DNA of 64,000 nucleotides from Lytechinus pictus. Its lineage: Eukaryota. The stretch lies in the NCBI RefSeq assembly GCF_037042905.1, contig NC_087245.1:22260001-22324000 (forward strand). Reading direction: 5' to 3'. Shown in pieces: positions 26,136 through 37,643 of the stretch (position 1 is its first letter; each line of letters opens with the position of its first letter). Under the pieces are notes generated by a model. The model saw nothing but the letters and a program-made list of their open reading frames with translations, was not told the DNA's origin and did no database searches. A program made the position numbers and the translations under genes.

Positions 26136-26776
26136 TTACTCATCCGACCCATCACTCTCACTCTCCTCCTCTTCACTCTCTTCTTCATCCTCCTCCTCCT
26201 CTTCCTCTTCATCTTCTTCTCCATCCTCCTCCTCTTCATTCTCCTCATCTTTGGACTTTTTTCCCTTCTTCTTTTTTTTCTGCCATCTCTGCCTCTTCTT
26301 CTTCCACTTCTTATCCCTCTTCTTCTTATCGATAATCCCGATCTTCATGCCCAACGCGCCAACGGCAAACCCTTCCGATAAATCCAAGCCAGTCCCGAGG
26401 GCCTCGGCTTCCAAGCCGTCGTCGGTCCAAACGATCTTCGTGTCCAAAGCCAGACCGCACTTGCAGAGGATTAGCCCGAGTACGAAGTTGGCGCTGCATA
26501 GCTCTAACGTGCATCGGGTGACGACGTCCGGGAATTTGGCGCAGGACATCATATACAGTCGGCGTTGGGGCCGACGTACTCGGCGTTGATCGCTCCGTCC
26601 AGGTAGTCCCTGGATATGGAACCGACCCCCGCTGCTGCAGATATGCAGCCATCTTTGCTCGAACGTTTCTTTTTACGAGACGATTTCTTACCGTCGTCAT
26701 CGCCCTTCTTATCAGTGCTGGCCGCGCTCTTGTTCTTTTTCGGTTGTTCCGTCACCACCTCCTTATCATCATCTTC
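26136..26776 (-). pseudogene. Second coding exon of uncharacterised Gly-rich 'GPNA' protein with Lys-rich and poly-Glu tails; contains a frameshift at ~26552 (pseudogene, null allele or assembly error)
   Basis: Branch-like ctgac plus cgcag acceptor; reads EDDDKEVVTEQPKK...AAAGVG...EYVGPNADCI* then continues in the -1 frame MMSCAK...GLALDT...GLEAEALGTG...EEEESESDGSDE*. GC-rich, coding-like island in AT-rich DNA. Confidence 0.7.
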
Positions 26777-27705
26777 CTGCGATTGGGTAAATGTCAGAAA
26801 ATTGTGAATGAGCTAGCGATAGAAAGGGAGATAAAATCAGAGAGGAGAAAAGATGGAACCAAGATTTCGTATCGTCTGTCTTGATTTCGGGAGTGAATTT
26901 AAATATTTTTTATTGGTTATCAACTTATCATCGTCATGTGACTTATGACACACTATTGGTATAAAGTATCACTTTCAAAAATAATTTTGGCGTAGTTTTT
27001 CGTAAGTGGTTCGGAGTAATCTTCAAATAAACTTGGACTTGAACCAAATTATGTGGCATTTCTAGAGAGCTCATATAATACAAGAGTTCGATCAGTGAGA
27101 TGATTTCTACTTATAAAGATTTGTTTTACACTGATTTTAAATGCTCCTCATGTAAAGTACTGGCGATATATACATTCAATGAAACTGATCGATAGATTAA
27201 GTAATCAAAAGGATAGCAATTATACCCCAGTCTCGACTACAGTTGTTAGAAAAGATTACAATTACACTCTAAAAATTGAAGGATGGAAAGGTGCCAATCA
27301 CCCTTTAAAAAGACCGAGGAAGGGGGGGTACTTCCATTGACGTGTGGATACCAGGCGCGACCAAAGAAACGCGTAAAATTACGATACGTAATAAGGGTGT
27401 AAAAAACACTAAAATACTGAAAAAAATATATATTTCGCTAGGAAAGCCAAGTGTATACGGTCAAATTTGCGAGGGTATAAAAATTACTAAAATGCTTTAT
27501 AAAGGATGTACGTGTGTAGCATGCGCGTATTCGGGGGGGGGGGGCTTTCGCCCCCCCCCCCCCCCCGGTTAGGCGAGAAGGGGGGCGCCAAAAAAGAGGA
27601 AGAAAAGAGAGGGAAAGAAAAGGGGGAGAAAACAAAGGAGGGAAAGAAGTAAATGAGAAGAAAAAAGGGGAAAGAAAGAGAGAAGGGGAAAAAAGAAGAG
27701 GGAAG

Positions 27706-28140
27706 GGGGGCGCCGAAATGATGTTTTACTTAGGGGCGCCGAATTGATGTTCGACATAAGGGGGCCGAATTGATGTTCGACCTAGGGGACTGAATTGATG
27801 TTCGACCTTGGGGGTGCCGATTCGATGTCCGACCTAGGGGCGCCGAATTAAAGTTCGACAGGGGCGCCGAATTGATGTCCGACCTAGTGGGGTGCCGAAT
27901 TTATGTTCAACCGGGGGGCGCCGAATTTATGTTTTACCTGGGGGCGCCCAATTGATGTTCATGAGGGGCGCCGAATTGATCTTCGACCTATGGGGCGCCG
28001 AATTTATGTTCGACATAGGGGCGCCAATTTGATGTTTGTCCTGGGGCGCCAAATTCATGTTCTGCCTTTGGGGCTCCGATTCGATGTTTGACCGGGGGCC
28101 GCCAAATTCATGTTTCACATGGGAGGGGGGTCGCCAAACT
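27706..28140 (+). repeat. ~27-30-bp GC-rich minisatellite (ggggcgccgaattgatgttcgacctag)n
   Basis: Head-to-tail degenerate units with no unique spacers. Confidence 0.9.
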
Positions 28141-28144
28141 CATG

Positions 28145-30135
28145 GTTGCTCGCATCAAATACTTATTAGTTAGATGCCCACCCTGTTCATGATTACCAAA
28201 AGTGCTTAGAAAGTCCAAATTTTAGGTCAGAATATCAAAAATTGTTTAGTAAGGTGAAGATCCTGTTCTGGTTAGATAAAGTGCTCAGAATGTCTAACTT
28301 TGGGACGAAAGATTAAAAAAAGATACAGCTCGCGCTTTGCGCTCGCATCAATTGTTTCGATAGATACTCATCCTGTTCATGGTCACACAATGTGCTTAGA
28401 ATGACAGTTTTGGGTCGGAATATCAACAATTTATAGTTCGCGCTTCGTGCTAACATCGATTAATTAGATGACTATTCTGTTCATGATTACCCAAAGTGCT
28501 TAAAATGTCCAAATTTTTGATCAGAATATCATTTTTCAGCTCACGCACGCACAATTTATTAAATAGATACCCATCATGTTCATGGTTACAAAAAATGCTT
28601 AGAAAGTCCAGCTTAGGGTCGGAAATTCAAAAATTTAAGCTCGCGCTTCGCGCTCGCATAAAATATTGAGATAGATAAGGTGACGATCCTGCATGTTCAT
28701 GGTTAGATAAAGTGCTTAGGATGTCCAACTTTAGGTCGGAATATCAAAAATTTTAAGCTCGCTTCGCGCTCGCATAAAACGATTTGTTAGATACCCATCC
28801 TGTTAATAATTGCCAATAGTGCTTTAATAGAATGTCCAATTAAATTTTGGGTCAGAATATATCAAAATTTTAAGCTCGCGCTTCACGCTCGCATAGAATG
28901 CTGACATAGATAAGGTGACGATCCTGTTCGTTTTTAGCTCATCCGGCCCGAAGGGCTAGATGAGCATATGTCGTGTCGTGGCGTGGCGTCCGTCGTCCGT
29001 CGTCTTTCGTCCGTCCACAATTTCAAAATGCTTCTTCTTCGCCATTTCAAGTCCGATTTCAATTCTTTTTGCTTTATATGATAGCACTAGGTGGGGGATT
29101 CAAAACTCCTACACAGATTTTGAAACAATTAAATATGCTAATTTATGCATATTTTTTAAAATTCACATAAAATGCTTCTTCGTCAATTGTTGACCGATTT
29201 TGATATTTTTCTTCCATCTGGTAGAACTTCATGAGGTTCACCAAACTTCTGCACAGAATTTTGAAATTTTCAGTAGAAAACTATTTATGCTAATTTATGC
29301 GAAATTTATTCATAAATCACAGAAAATGCCTCTTCTTCTTTATTTGTTTATCAATTTCAATTTTGTTTGCTTTATATGATAGCTCGAGGTGGTGATACAA
29401 AAATTTCAACACAGAATTTTGAAACTCATTAAATATGCTAATTTATTCATATATTTTCAAAACTCACAAAAAATACTTATTTATTTGTTGATTGATTTTG
29501 ATTATTTTTGTTCCATCTGAGAGCTACATGAGGTTCACCAAGGTTCTACACAGATTTTAGAAATTTTGACTAGAAAATTATTTGTGCTTAATTTATATGA
29601 AATTTATTTGTAGATCACAAAAAATGCTTCTATGTCATATCTTCATCGATTTCAATTCTATATCCTCAATTTATGTCACCAATATAATTCACTGCAGTGT
29701 CAACTGGGCTGAAATTAAAATTGTGTTAAATTTCGTTGCGAGATGCCGGATGAGCTCCACATCATTGATGTGCTAGTTAGATAAAGTGCTCTAAAGGATG
29801 TCCAACTTTGGGTCGGAATATCATAAATTTTTTGCTCACGCTTAGCGCTCGCATAAAACGATTTGTTAGATAACCACCCTGCTCATGATTGCCAATAGTG
29901 CTTTAGAATGTCCACATTTTGGGTCAGAATATCACAATTTTCAGCTAGCACTTCGCGCGCATTAATTATTTAGATAGATACCTATCCTGTTTGTGGTTAC
30001 AAAAAGTACTTACATTGACCAGTTTTGGGTAGGAAATTAAAAAACTGTCAGCTCGCGCTTCGCGCTCGTATAAAATGTTGAGATAGATACCCATCCTATT
30101 CTTGATTACCAAAAACACTTACAATTCTCTTAAAG
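28145..30135 (+). repeat. ~120-bp degenerate tandem repeat with gctcgcgcttcgcgctcgc core, interrupted at 28931-29778
   Basis: Recurring atcctgttcatg...aagtgcttagaatgtcc...ggtcggaatatc...gctcgcgcttcgcgctcgc. Confidence 0.85.
28931..29778 (+). mobile_element. Helentron-associated non-autonomous element (HINE/DINE-1-like)
   Basis: 5' T-run, subterminal IR agctcatccggc / gccggatgagct, 5' hairpin, (GTCC/GTC) microsatellite, internal tandem repeats, 3' hairpin cacatcattgatgtg then ctagtt; inserted at a TT. Confidence 0.8.
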
Positions 30136-30908
30136 TGCTTAAAATTCTCTGTATTTTGGTCACATTTATTCTTTTCAAAAAGAGGTATTATAACATAATC
30201 ATGAATATTTTTCTCATGAACACATTAAAAAAAGGGGGAGGGGGTCTTCGATCGCCCTTTTTCACTTGATTATGAAATAAGATAATTCAACATGCATTTA
30301 AGGCACTTATGATTGCCTGGCGGGGGCGCCATTTTCCGAAAAGTTCACAAGGGCGCCAAAATTAGGTCGGGTCCCCGGGGTGCAACATCCTGGATACCTG
30401 CCTGTTCAGAGTCCGATTTTAGTGAGGTGTGGAAGGTGGGGCGGTACTAAACCCAATCATTGTAAGTAAAGTAAAACGTGACGTCCGTGACATAACAATT
30501 AAAATATCGCCGTACTTGTTTAGGGGGTCATTTCAGGGAATACTTGTCAAGGGTACCGTTTCGTTTCAAATACTTGTTAAGGGTAGCTAGGGTGCTTTTT
30601 GAAACCCCATGGGGCGCGCCTGTTATCCACTCGTCAATGGAAGTGCCTCCCCCCCCCCCTCCCCCCGGGTGGAAAATGCTGTCACCCCTCGGCCATTTCC
30701 CACCCTTTTCTGCCTTTTCTCCTTAAATTTACATGCCCTATAATACATAACCCCCCCCCCCAACCTTTAATAGTTATGTTACAGTCATACCAACGAAACC
30801 GATTCCAAACCGACCGATTGCATGTCATTGGAAATAACATAATAACTGTGATCGGCCTGGAGTCGGTTTCACCGGTGTAACTGTAGCATCAGCACGGTGT
30901 CTGGATAC

Positions 30909-31010
30909 CTGTATATCTTCAAAAGTATCATTGGCTTCTTCGGTTGAAGGGTCCTGAACAATTTCATTTTCATCAGGTGTGACGTCATTTCCCGCCGTGT
31001 TGTCAGTCAT
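30909..31010 (-). CDS. First coding exon of uncharacterised acidic/Lys-rich gene (MTDNTAGNDVTPDENEIVQDPSTEEANDTFEDIQ)
   Basis: Acceptor ttgcag (exon starts 31027), ATG at 31010, donor CAG|GTATCC; phase 0 matches the exon at 26776. Confidence 0.7.
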
Positions 31011-33371
31011 TATCAAGGACAGCTTTCCTGCAAGGACCAAAGAGGTATTTTATTGTTGTTTGAATCATTAAAAAAGAAAAAGAAATAGGCCTACGTCAGA
31101 TGCTTAAATCCGGCCCGAGAAGTGGGGAGGGGTGAATAATAGCAATATATTGAGATGAAAATTCAAAATTTGGGGGACACATATAGGGTTATCTAGGGAG
31201 TATAATTATAACCATGTACATATTATTACAATCCATCGCTTTTGATGATAACAATTAAAGGTCTATCGCCATTTCGTTTTGAAATGACCATTGTAGATAA
31301 TGGTTATGTTGTGATGTAAACCTATGGCAGAGTGGTGTCCAAAAATCGTTTCTGTCTTGAAAAGCGGGAGGGGGATGATTGTACATGCCATCTCCCTCTC
31401 CCAAATTTGGGGAAAATATTCATCCCATGCATCCCCTGGGATTTACTCACATGAAATACATGATACACTATAAGCTAATAGGGAAAAGAGATATCTGGCA
31501 AGCTTGAATCAAGAGTTGCTTGGGAAATTTTCGTGATCTAAAATTATATGCCTTTTATGCGAGTGAATTAATATCGTCACCCATTGTAAATTTGTTTGGA
31601 GGCTCCATTTTAAATGTTTTTTTTAAATCAATCTATTACTGTTTCAAACTTTCTTAAGTTATTTTTTCGCTTGACATGTTAATTTTAGGTTGCTTGCGCC
31701 CTCCAGGATAATTATGTCAATGTAGACTTTAAATGATATGGGCATATAGAGTTATACGACTCGGACCCTTCTTTGTTATACTCCTAACTTCCTTCTTTCT
31801 TTTTCTTTCTCTTTTCCCCTTCTATTTTCTGTTCACTACTAAAAAAAAAAAACCAAGGGAAGCGATCTCCCCTGCCCCCCCCCCCCCGGACCACCGCCCT
31901 TGAATCAGAAACAGAAAATCGCTCACCGATTATTGATTACGATGGGACAATCTCCCTGTCAAAACTTTAGTTAAATTTAAACCGATAAACGGTTTGTATT
32001 TTCATACCAGCTTGCAAATCGAGATCGACTGCAGTTGGGGACCAATCCAACTCAGGATATTATTTTGAAACTTTAAAGATTTATTTTGTACATCTCAACA
32101 GAATTGGAATTCAAATCTGATATTTAAAGATGAATCTTAAAGATTTCACCTGACTGAGATTAGAAATTAATTAATCTTTGAAAGAATATAATTTTAAATC
32201 GCAAAATCCTTGGGATTCAATGAATGATACAAAATATTTTGCAACCCCCCCCCCCCCAATATCCAGAGCCTAAAATACAAACTTATTCATTGTCCAGTTG
32301 TGAAGAAAAGTATGTTAAATAGTGTTCACAGAAAAGATAGATAAGAAGAGAATTAAAACACAAGTTTCACTGTAAAGAAATGGTGGCGTTTTAATAGTAT
32401 ACCGCGTTTTCCAATATTGCTTAATTATTTACAAATTCCAACGAATTTGTGTTTGTGGAAAGTTAGGTTAAATCAAGAATTAGTCGCACATTCTGTCCAT
32501 CCCACAATGAAACCATTGAGCTTTCTCTTTTATTATGTAACATTAGTAGGAAAGTATTAAAATACTTTGAAAAGAGATTGTTTTGAAGAAGTAATCTTGT
32601 ATTAGAATTAACTTTAACAAAATATTCTTGTTGAAATTACAACCATAAATTAAATAGAACGCTGAATAAACTGATGATTTTAGTATATAACAGATTAAGC
32701 TAAATTGGTTTGATTTCGCTTGATGCTACAGAAAATCTTCAACGATATAAAAAATATATATATTATATAAATGTGTGAGAAGGCTATTTTTCCTCTGAAA
32801 ACTGGAAACTAAATTCTTCTGAGAGATAACGGTCAAACTTCATTAATTTTTTCGAATATTGTAAAAAAATATATATACCCTAATGTTATTTGAATATATT
32901 CATCTCCGATTCTCTACTTAAATTGCAATCATTATTATTATTATTATTACTACTGTTTTGTGAAAAATTGTGTTTTTCCATTACATGTACAAAGGTTGTA
33001 TGTTATCAATCATTATATTAATTGCTAGAGGGTATTCATTATAATCATTATACAATAATTATAATCATTATATTGTTATATACCCAACTATTTTTTTGTA
33101 CAATAATAAATGCAAATGTAAACTGAGATTCTTATTTAATATATCGCCCTATTAATATGATGGGGAGGGAGAATTAAGAAAACTGATAATAAAAATAAAA
33201 TACATGAATAACCTAATTTGCAATGTCCAATTTTTAATATACAATACTTTACACAGTACGTTTCACTTCTTTCTTGTAAAATGTTCAATTATATTAATGC
33301 GTGTTACTTAATCGTTATTGTACAGCGCTTAGAAACACCATGTATTAAGCGCTATATAAATACAATATATC

Positions 33372-33420
33372 ATTATTATTATTATCATTATTATTATTGT
33401 TATTGTTATTATTACTATTA

Positions 33421-33454
<34 letters not shown>
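33372..33454. repeat. (TAT)n microsatellite
   Basis: Direct observation. Confidence 0.9.
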
Positions 33455-33455
<1 letters not shown>

Positions 33456-33697
33456 AGATGAATAAAGAAGGAAAGCTATTCTAACTATATTTTTATGTAA
33501 AGAATACTCACGTTGACATCTGATCACTGAGAATAAGATGTCTCCAAAGCGCTCATCATACCACCCTCTTCGAGTGACGCCCAATAAGAGAATGAAACTC
33601 AAACGTAACAAAAACCCGTCGTTCTGCTTATTTTCTAAATCAATATCAAAAGTAGTGACTCCTTGGGTTTCCCCATTGTGTTTTCCATTTCCAACTA

Positions 33698-34200
33698 CAA
33701 GTTTAGTTTTGATTTAAACTATTTTAACCGCATAAATTTTCTGTATTGACTTACTGTATTTTGTCATTAATTTGACTATCTTGCATTGTAGGCCTACTTA
33801 AATTTATCAAATTGAGTTCAATAATGCAACCTCTAGCTCAATGGGCGGAATGGTCCGAATGATGACCTTGTTTCACGTTACCTGATATTATTTGATACTA
33901 CCTGTACCTCGATCTTTTCTTGTTTCTACAGGTTTAGTATTGATTTTACCTATTTTAACCACATAATTTTTCTGTATTGACTGACTGTATTATGTCATTG
34001 ATGATTTGTAATTTTATGAAGGTCTATCTTGCAGTTATGCCACTCTTTGTACAAATAAATAATGTAGGTATACTTAATTTCATCAAATTCAGTTCAGTAA
34101 TGTAACCTCTAGTTCAATGGGCTGAATGGTCCGAATAAAGACATTGTTTCACGTTACCTGATATTATTTGATACTACCTGTACCTCCATCTTTTCTTTTT
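33698..34200 (+). repeat. Diverged two-copy tandem duplication (~230-270 bp units)
   Basis: Units start ~33698 and ~33928; both end in ...gttacctgatattatttgatactacctgtacctc. Confidence 0.8.
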
Positions 34201-34434
34201 TCTTCTTGATATAGACCTACATTATCTTTCCTCTAATCATATACGAGTAATCCTATTTCCCATTCACTCACGTGTCAAATCGCAACACGAAAAAAAAATC
34301 ACTAGGAAAATGATACCTCAAATAAGGCTTTTTTTTACATTTCTTTTTTTTTTACCTTTCGTTGCCTTGTCAGATCAATATAAACCTCAGTAAAAGGGAA
34401 AGGTCCCTCATTTTTATTGCTTGGATACAAAAAG

Positions 34435-35112
34435 AAACAAGTGGAGCGCCTCTGGCAGTCTTACCTGCATTACGCGATTCAATATAGCAGCAGTGCTGAC
34501 TTTGAAAAGTACTATAAAATAATTATTCACAAAAAGCATCATTCATAAAAATTATAATAATATAATACGACGTTCTTTGACCCTAAATGACATTTGACCT
34601 TTATCATGTGTCCTAACACCAGTCGGTAATACTTGATTACCCATATGTCCACATTTCATAAATTACATTCATAAACTTTGAAAGTTATGACAGCAATTTA
34701 ATAATTACCTCCAACATGGCCAAAGTTCATTGACCCTATATGACCTTTGACCTTAGTCATGTGACCTGAAACTCGCACAGGATGTTCAGTGATACTTGAT
34801 TACATTTATGATGACATTTCAAAAACTTAACCTTAAGTTAAGATTTTGATGTTGATTCCCCCAACATGGTCTAAGTTCATTGACCCTAAATGACCTTTGA
34901 CCTTGGTCATGTGACCTGAAACTCAGGCAGGATATTTAGTAATACCTGATTAACCTTATATTCAGTTTCATGAACTAGGTCCATATACTTAAGTTATGCT
35001 GTCATTTCAAAAACTTAACCTTCAGTTAAGATTTGATGTTGACGCCGCCGCCGCCGTCGCCAAAGCGGCGCCTATTTAATAGTCTCACTCTGTTATGCAG
35101 GTGAGACAAAAA
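34435..35112 (-). mobile_element. Second Helentron-associated element (different family, reverse orientation)
   Basis: Subterminal IR gtcttacctgcat / atgcaggtgagac, terminal hairpin, (GCC)n tract, ~150-bp internal repeats (tgacctttgaccttggtcatgtgacc), A/T-run ends. Confidence 0.75.
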
Positions 35113-36789
35113 TGAAGGAACCTCTTCATTTCATCAATTTTGCATAATTTATAGAATAGACCGTCTTAACAAGTGTAAGTGAATTTTCTAGTTGAAACAA
35201 AATCCAGACCATTTTTGGCAAGAATAATCACGATTTAAATGCGATGTTTCGCTTCAATTTCTAGAAATACTCCTCGCCCTTTATTTGTTGCGTTTATATA
35301 CCCTTAACGCCTTTTCCCCTCCCCCTTCTTTGTTATTTCCCAGTTTCCTTCTGTCTTGTCATTCTTTCTACTTCTTCTCTCCGGGGGGAGGGGGGCGTTA
35401 TGAAAGGACCTGTCAGACGTTTTATCCGACTCTCAGCCAATCAAAAATCAAGGAAAGTTGTCAGATCTGACAACTTGTCAGACAAAAATGTAGATGAAAC
35501 GCTCCCGGATATCCCCGTGTCCTTCCTTCCACTCCGGCACCCACTACTTTCCCTTTCTGCAATGAGATTTTTTCTTTCTTTCTAGATCGCCCCCTCCCCT
35601 TATTGATTTCTCGCTTCCTTTCCCTTTCTTTTCATTCTCCTCCTCTCCCCCTCGTCCCCTACGTCGACTCGGGTAATAAGGACCAATCCCCCTTCCTCTC
35701 TCTCTCTCTCTCTTTTTCCTTATCATCCTTCTCCACTTGTTCCCTTACTTTTACTTTCAGCAAATTTCTCTTGCGTCCATTTCACTTTAATAATAATTTC
35801 TTGAAACAATGAAAACAACTTTTTAAACTTCCATGTAAAACATATTTCTACATCATCTTTTAATCTAAAAACATATATTGCATCTGCACAAAGAATTAAT
35901 CACAAATGTAATATCTAATTGAAACATTCAAGGCACATCTTGAAGAACAGATAGGAAACACTTTTAAATTTCTAAACAACAATATCTAGCACGAATGGCA
36001 ATGTAAGTTTCAAGAAATCTCCTCAATGATGATCTTAATTTTTTTTGTGTAGTTAGGTTCTTTTATTATGTGTATTAACTTACATTTGGGGACTGACCAG
36101 ATGCAATCCTATCCAGGGAACACTTCAACTCCTGAGTGGATTTTATCTTCAGCATCAGCATGCAGCTGGATTACACGAAAATACATTAGTTCAGTTTTTA
36201 ATAGCTTAATTTCAAAACTCCAGCGTTTCATAAAGCGAAGGATTTTTCAATATTTTTCAATACAGGTAGGTCAGTTTTTATTTAACCACTCAATCAGACC
36301 TGGAAAGTGCTGTTTTCTTAAACACAATAACAATGAATTTGCTAAAGCTTGACATTATGCAAAGCAGAATATGGTAAATGTAACACATGCAATGAGCATG
36401 CACATATACAACTGTTAACAATCAAAGATAGATGTTATACATAGAATACATTGAATTGCTTCAACTTCTAAACTCCACAATATAGTCTCAAAAATGTACT
36501 TTCAAGCATTCAACATAATAGTTTCCACTAGTTATCATGTTGGCTATTGAACTCTGTAATTCCTGGCAGCTTTGTACATCGGGACCATCCAGTTCATGAA
36601 GACAATTTATCATTTAAAGAAAAGTTATGGATATTTATGCAGCAAGCAGATGCAGATTCTTGGGAGAAAGTCTGCAACAATAAACAAATAAATTCAATAG
36701 AGGCTAGATTACTTGCTTTGTCATCTTATGAATAAAAATGATGTAAAGATGGTCCCATTTCCCACAAAATATGAGTATTTGATGCATGA

Positions 36790-37230
36790 AGAAAAGAAAG
36801 GAAGGGAGAGAAAGGGGAGAGAAAGGTGAGAGGAAAGGGAGGAAAAGAGAGAACGGAGGGTTAAAAAGACACGGGGGGGGGGGGGTGGTGAGGGGATAGA
36901 AAGAAGATCGATAAGAATGCCAGGGAGGAAGGAGGATGAGAGTGGTGAAGATGGAGGAATGAAGGAAGAGATTTGATGGGAGAGTGCATGGGAGAGACGG
37001 AAGGGGAAAGAGGAAGAGGGAAGGAAAGAGAGTGGATAAGAGAGAAAGAAAAGGTGAGAGATGTAAAGGAAAAGTGGGAGAGGTGGGGGAAGGGAGGAGG
37101 GGTGAAAGAGTGAGGATGTTAGAACGAGGGGGTGAAGAAGAAAATGAAGAGCAGGGATGAAGAAAGGAAAGAGGTAAGATGGGGGAAGGAGGAAATACAG
37201 TGAGATCAAAGTAGGAGAGTACATGGGATT
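36790..37230. repeat. Purine-rich low-complexity tract
   Basis: A/G-rich on +. Confidence 0.8.
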
Positions 37231-37352
37231 GGTTGGGAGATGATGGCTAAAGACAGGAAAATTAAAGAATCACTGACAGAATCAGTGTGAGATACCTGTA
37301 TATGTTTGAAATACAGAGGGAGCTATACAGACACAAGGAGCAGATCAATTAA

Positions 37353-37531
37353 GGCCCGAATTCACAAAGGTGGTTTCATTTAAAACCATGGTTTTGGAAA
37401 ACCATGGTTTTCAGAAACCATGTTTTTTTTAAAACCATGGTTTCTAAAACTTGCGATTTCTATACCATGGTTTCTAAAACCCACGGTTTAAACCATGGTT
37501 TTTTAAAAAACCACATTTGTGAATCCGGGCC
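37353..37531. mobile_element. Harbinger-like MITE (GGCC termini, TAA TSD) with internal aaaccatggttt palindromic repeats
   Basis: taa|ggcccgaattcacaaa ... tttgtgaatccgggcc|taa. Confidence 0.85.
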
Positions 37532-37540
37532 TAAGAGTTT

Positions 37541-37643
37541 GGCCAACCTGATTTCAATGGGTAACCAACATGGCCGGCGCAATCGGGCTTGCCTTACAAA
37601 GCACTTTGCGCCATGTACGTAACCCATTGAATCCAGGTTGGCC
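37541..37643. mobile_element. Small hairpin MITE (ggccaacctg...caggttggcc)
   Basis: Imperfect ~100-bp palindrome next to the previous MITE. Confidence 0.7.

Larger units (their letters stand above)
27313..30670. mobile_element. Nested composite: outer TIR element containing a tandem-repeat-bearing element and a Helentron-associated insertion
   Basis: ggggggtacttccattgacgtgtggataccaggcgcg (~27322) is inverted to cgcgcctgttatccactcgtcaatggaagtgcctcccc (~30615-30650). Confidence 0.7.

Noticed and set aside
26251..26589. Plus-strand ORF with faint histone H2A-like look (SKARPHLQ)
   Set aside because: No histone-fold motifs; it is the antisense shadow of the minus-strand exon.
27706..28140. CRISPR-like array
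   Set aside because: Head-to-tail minisatellite with no unique spacers, no cas genes, eukaryotic context.
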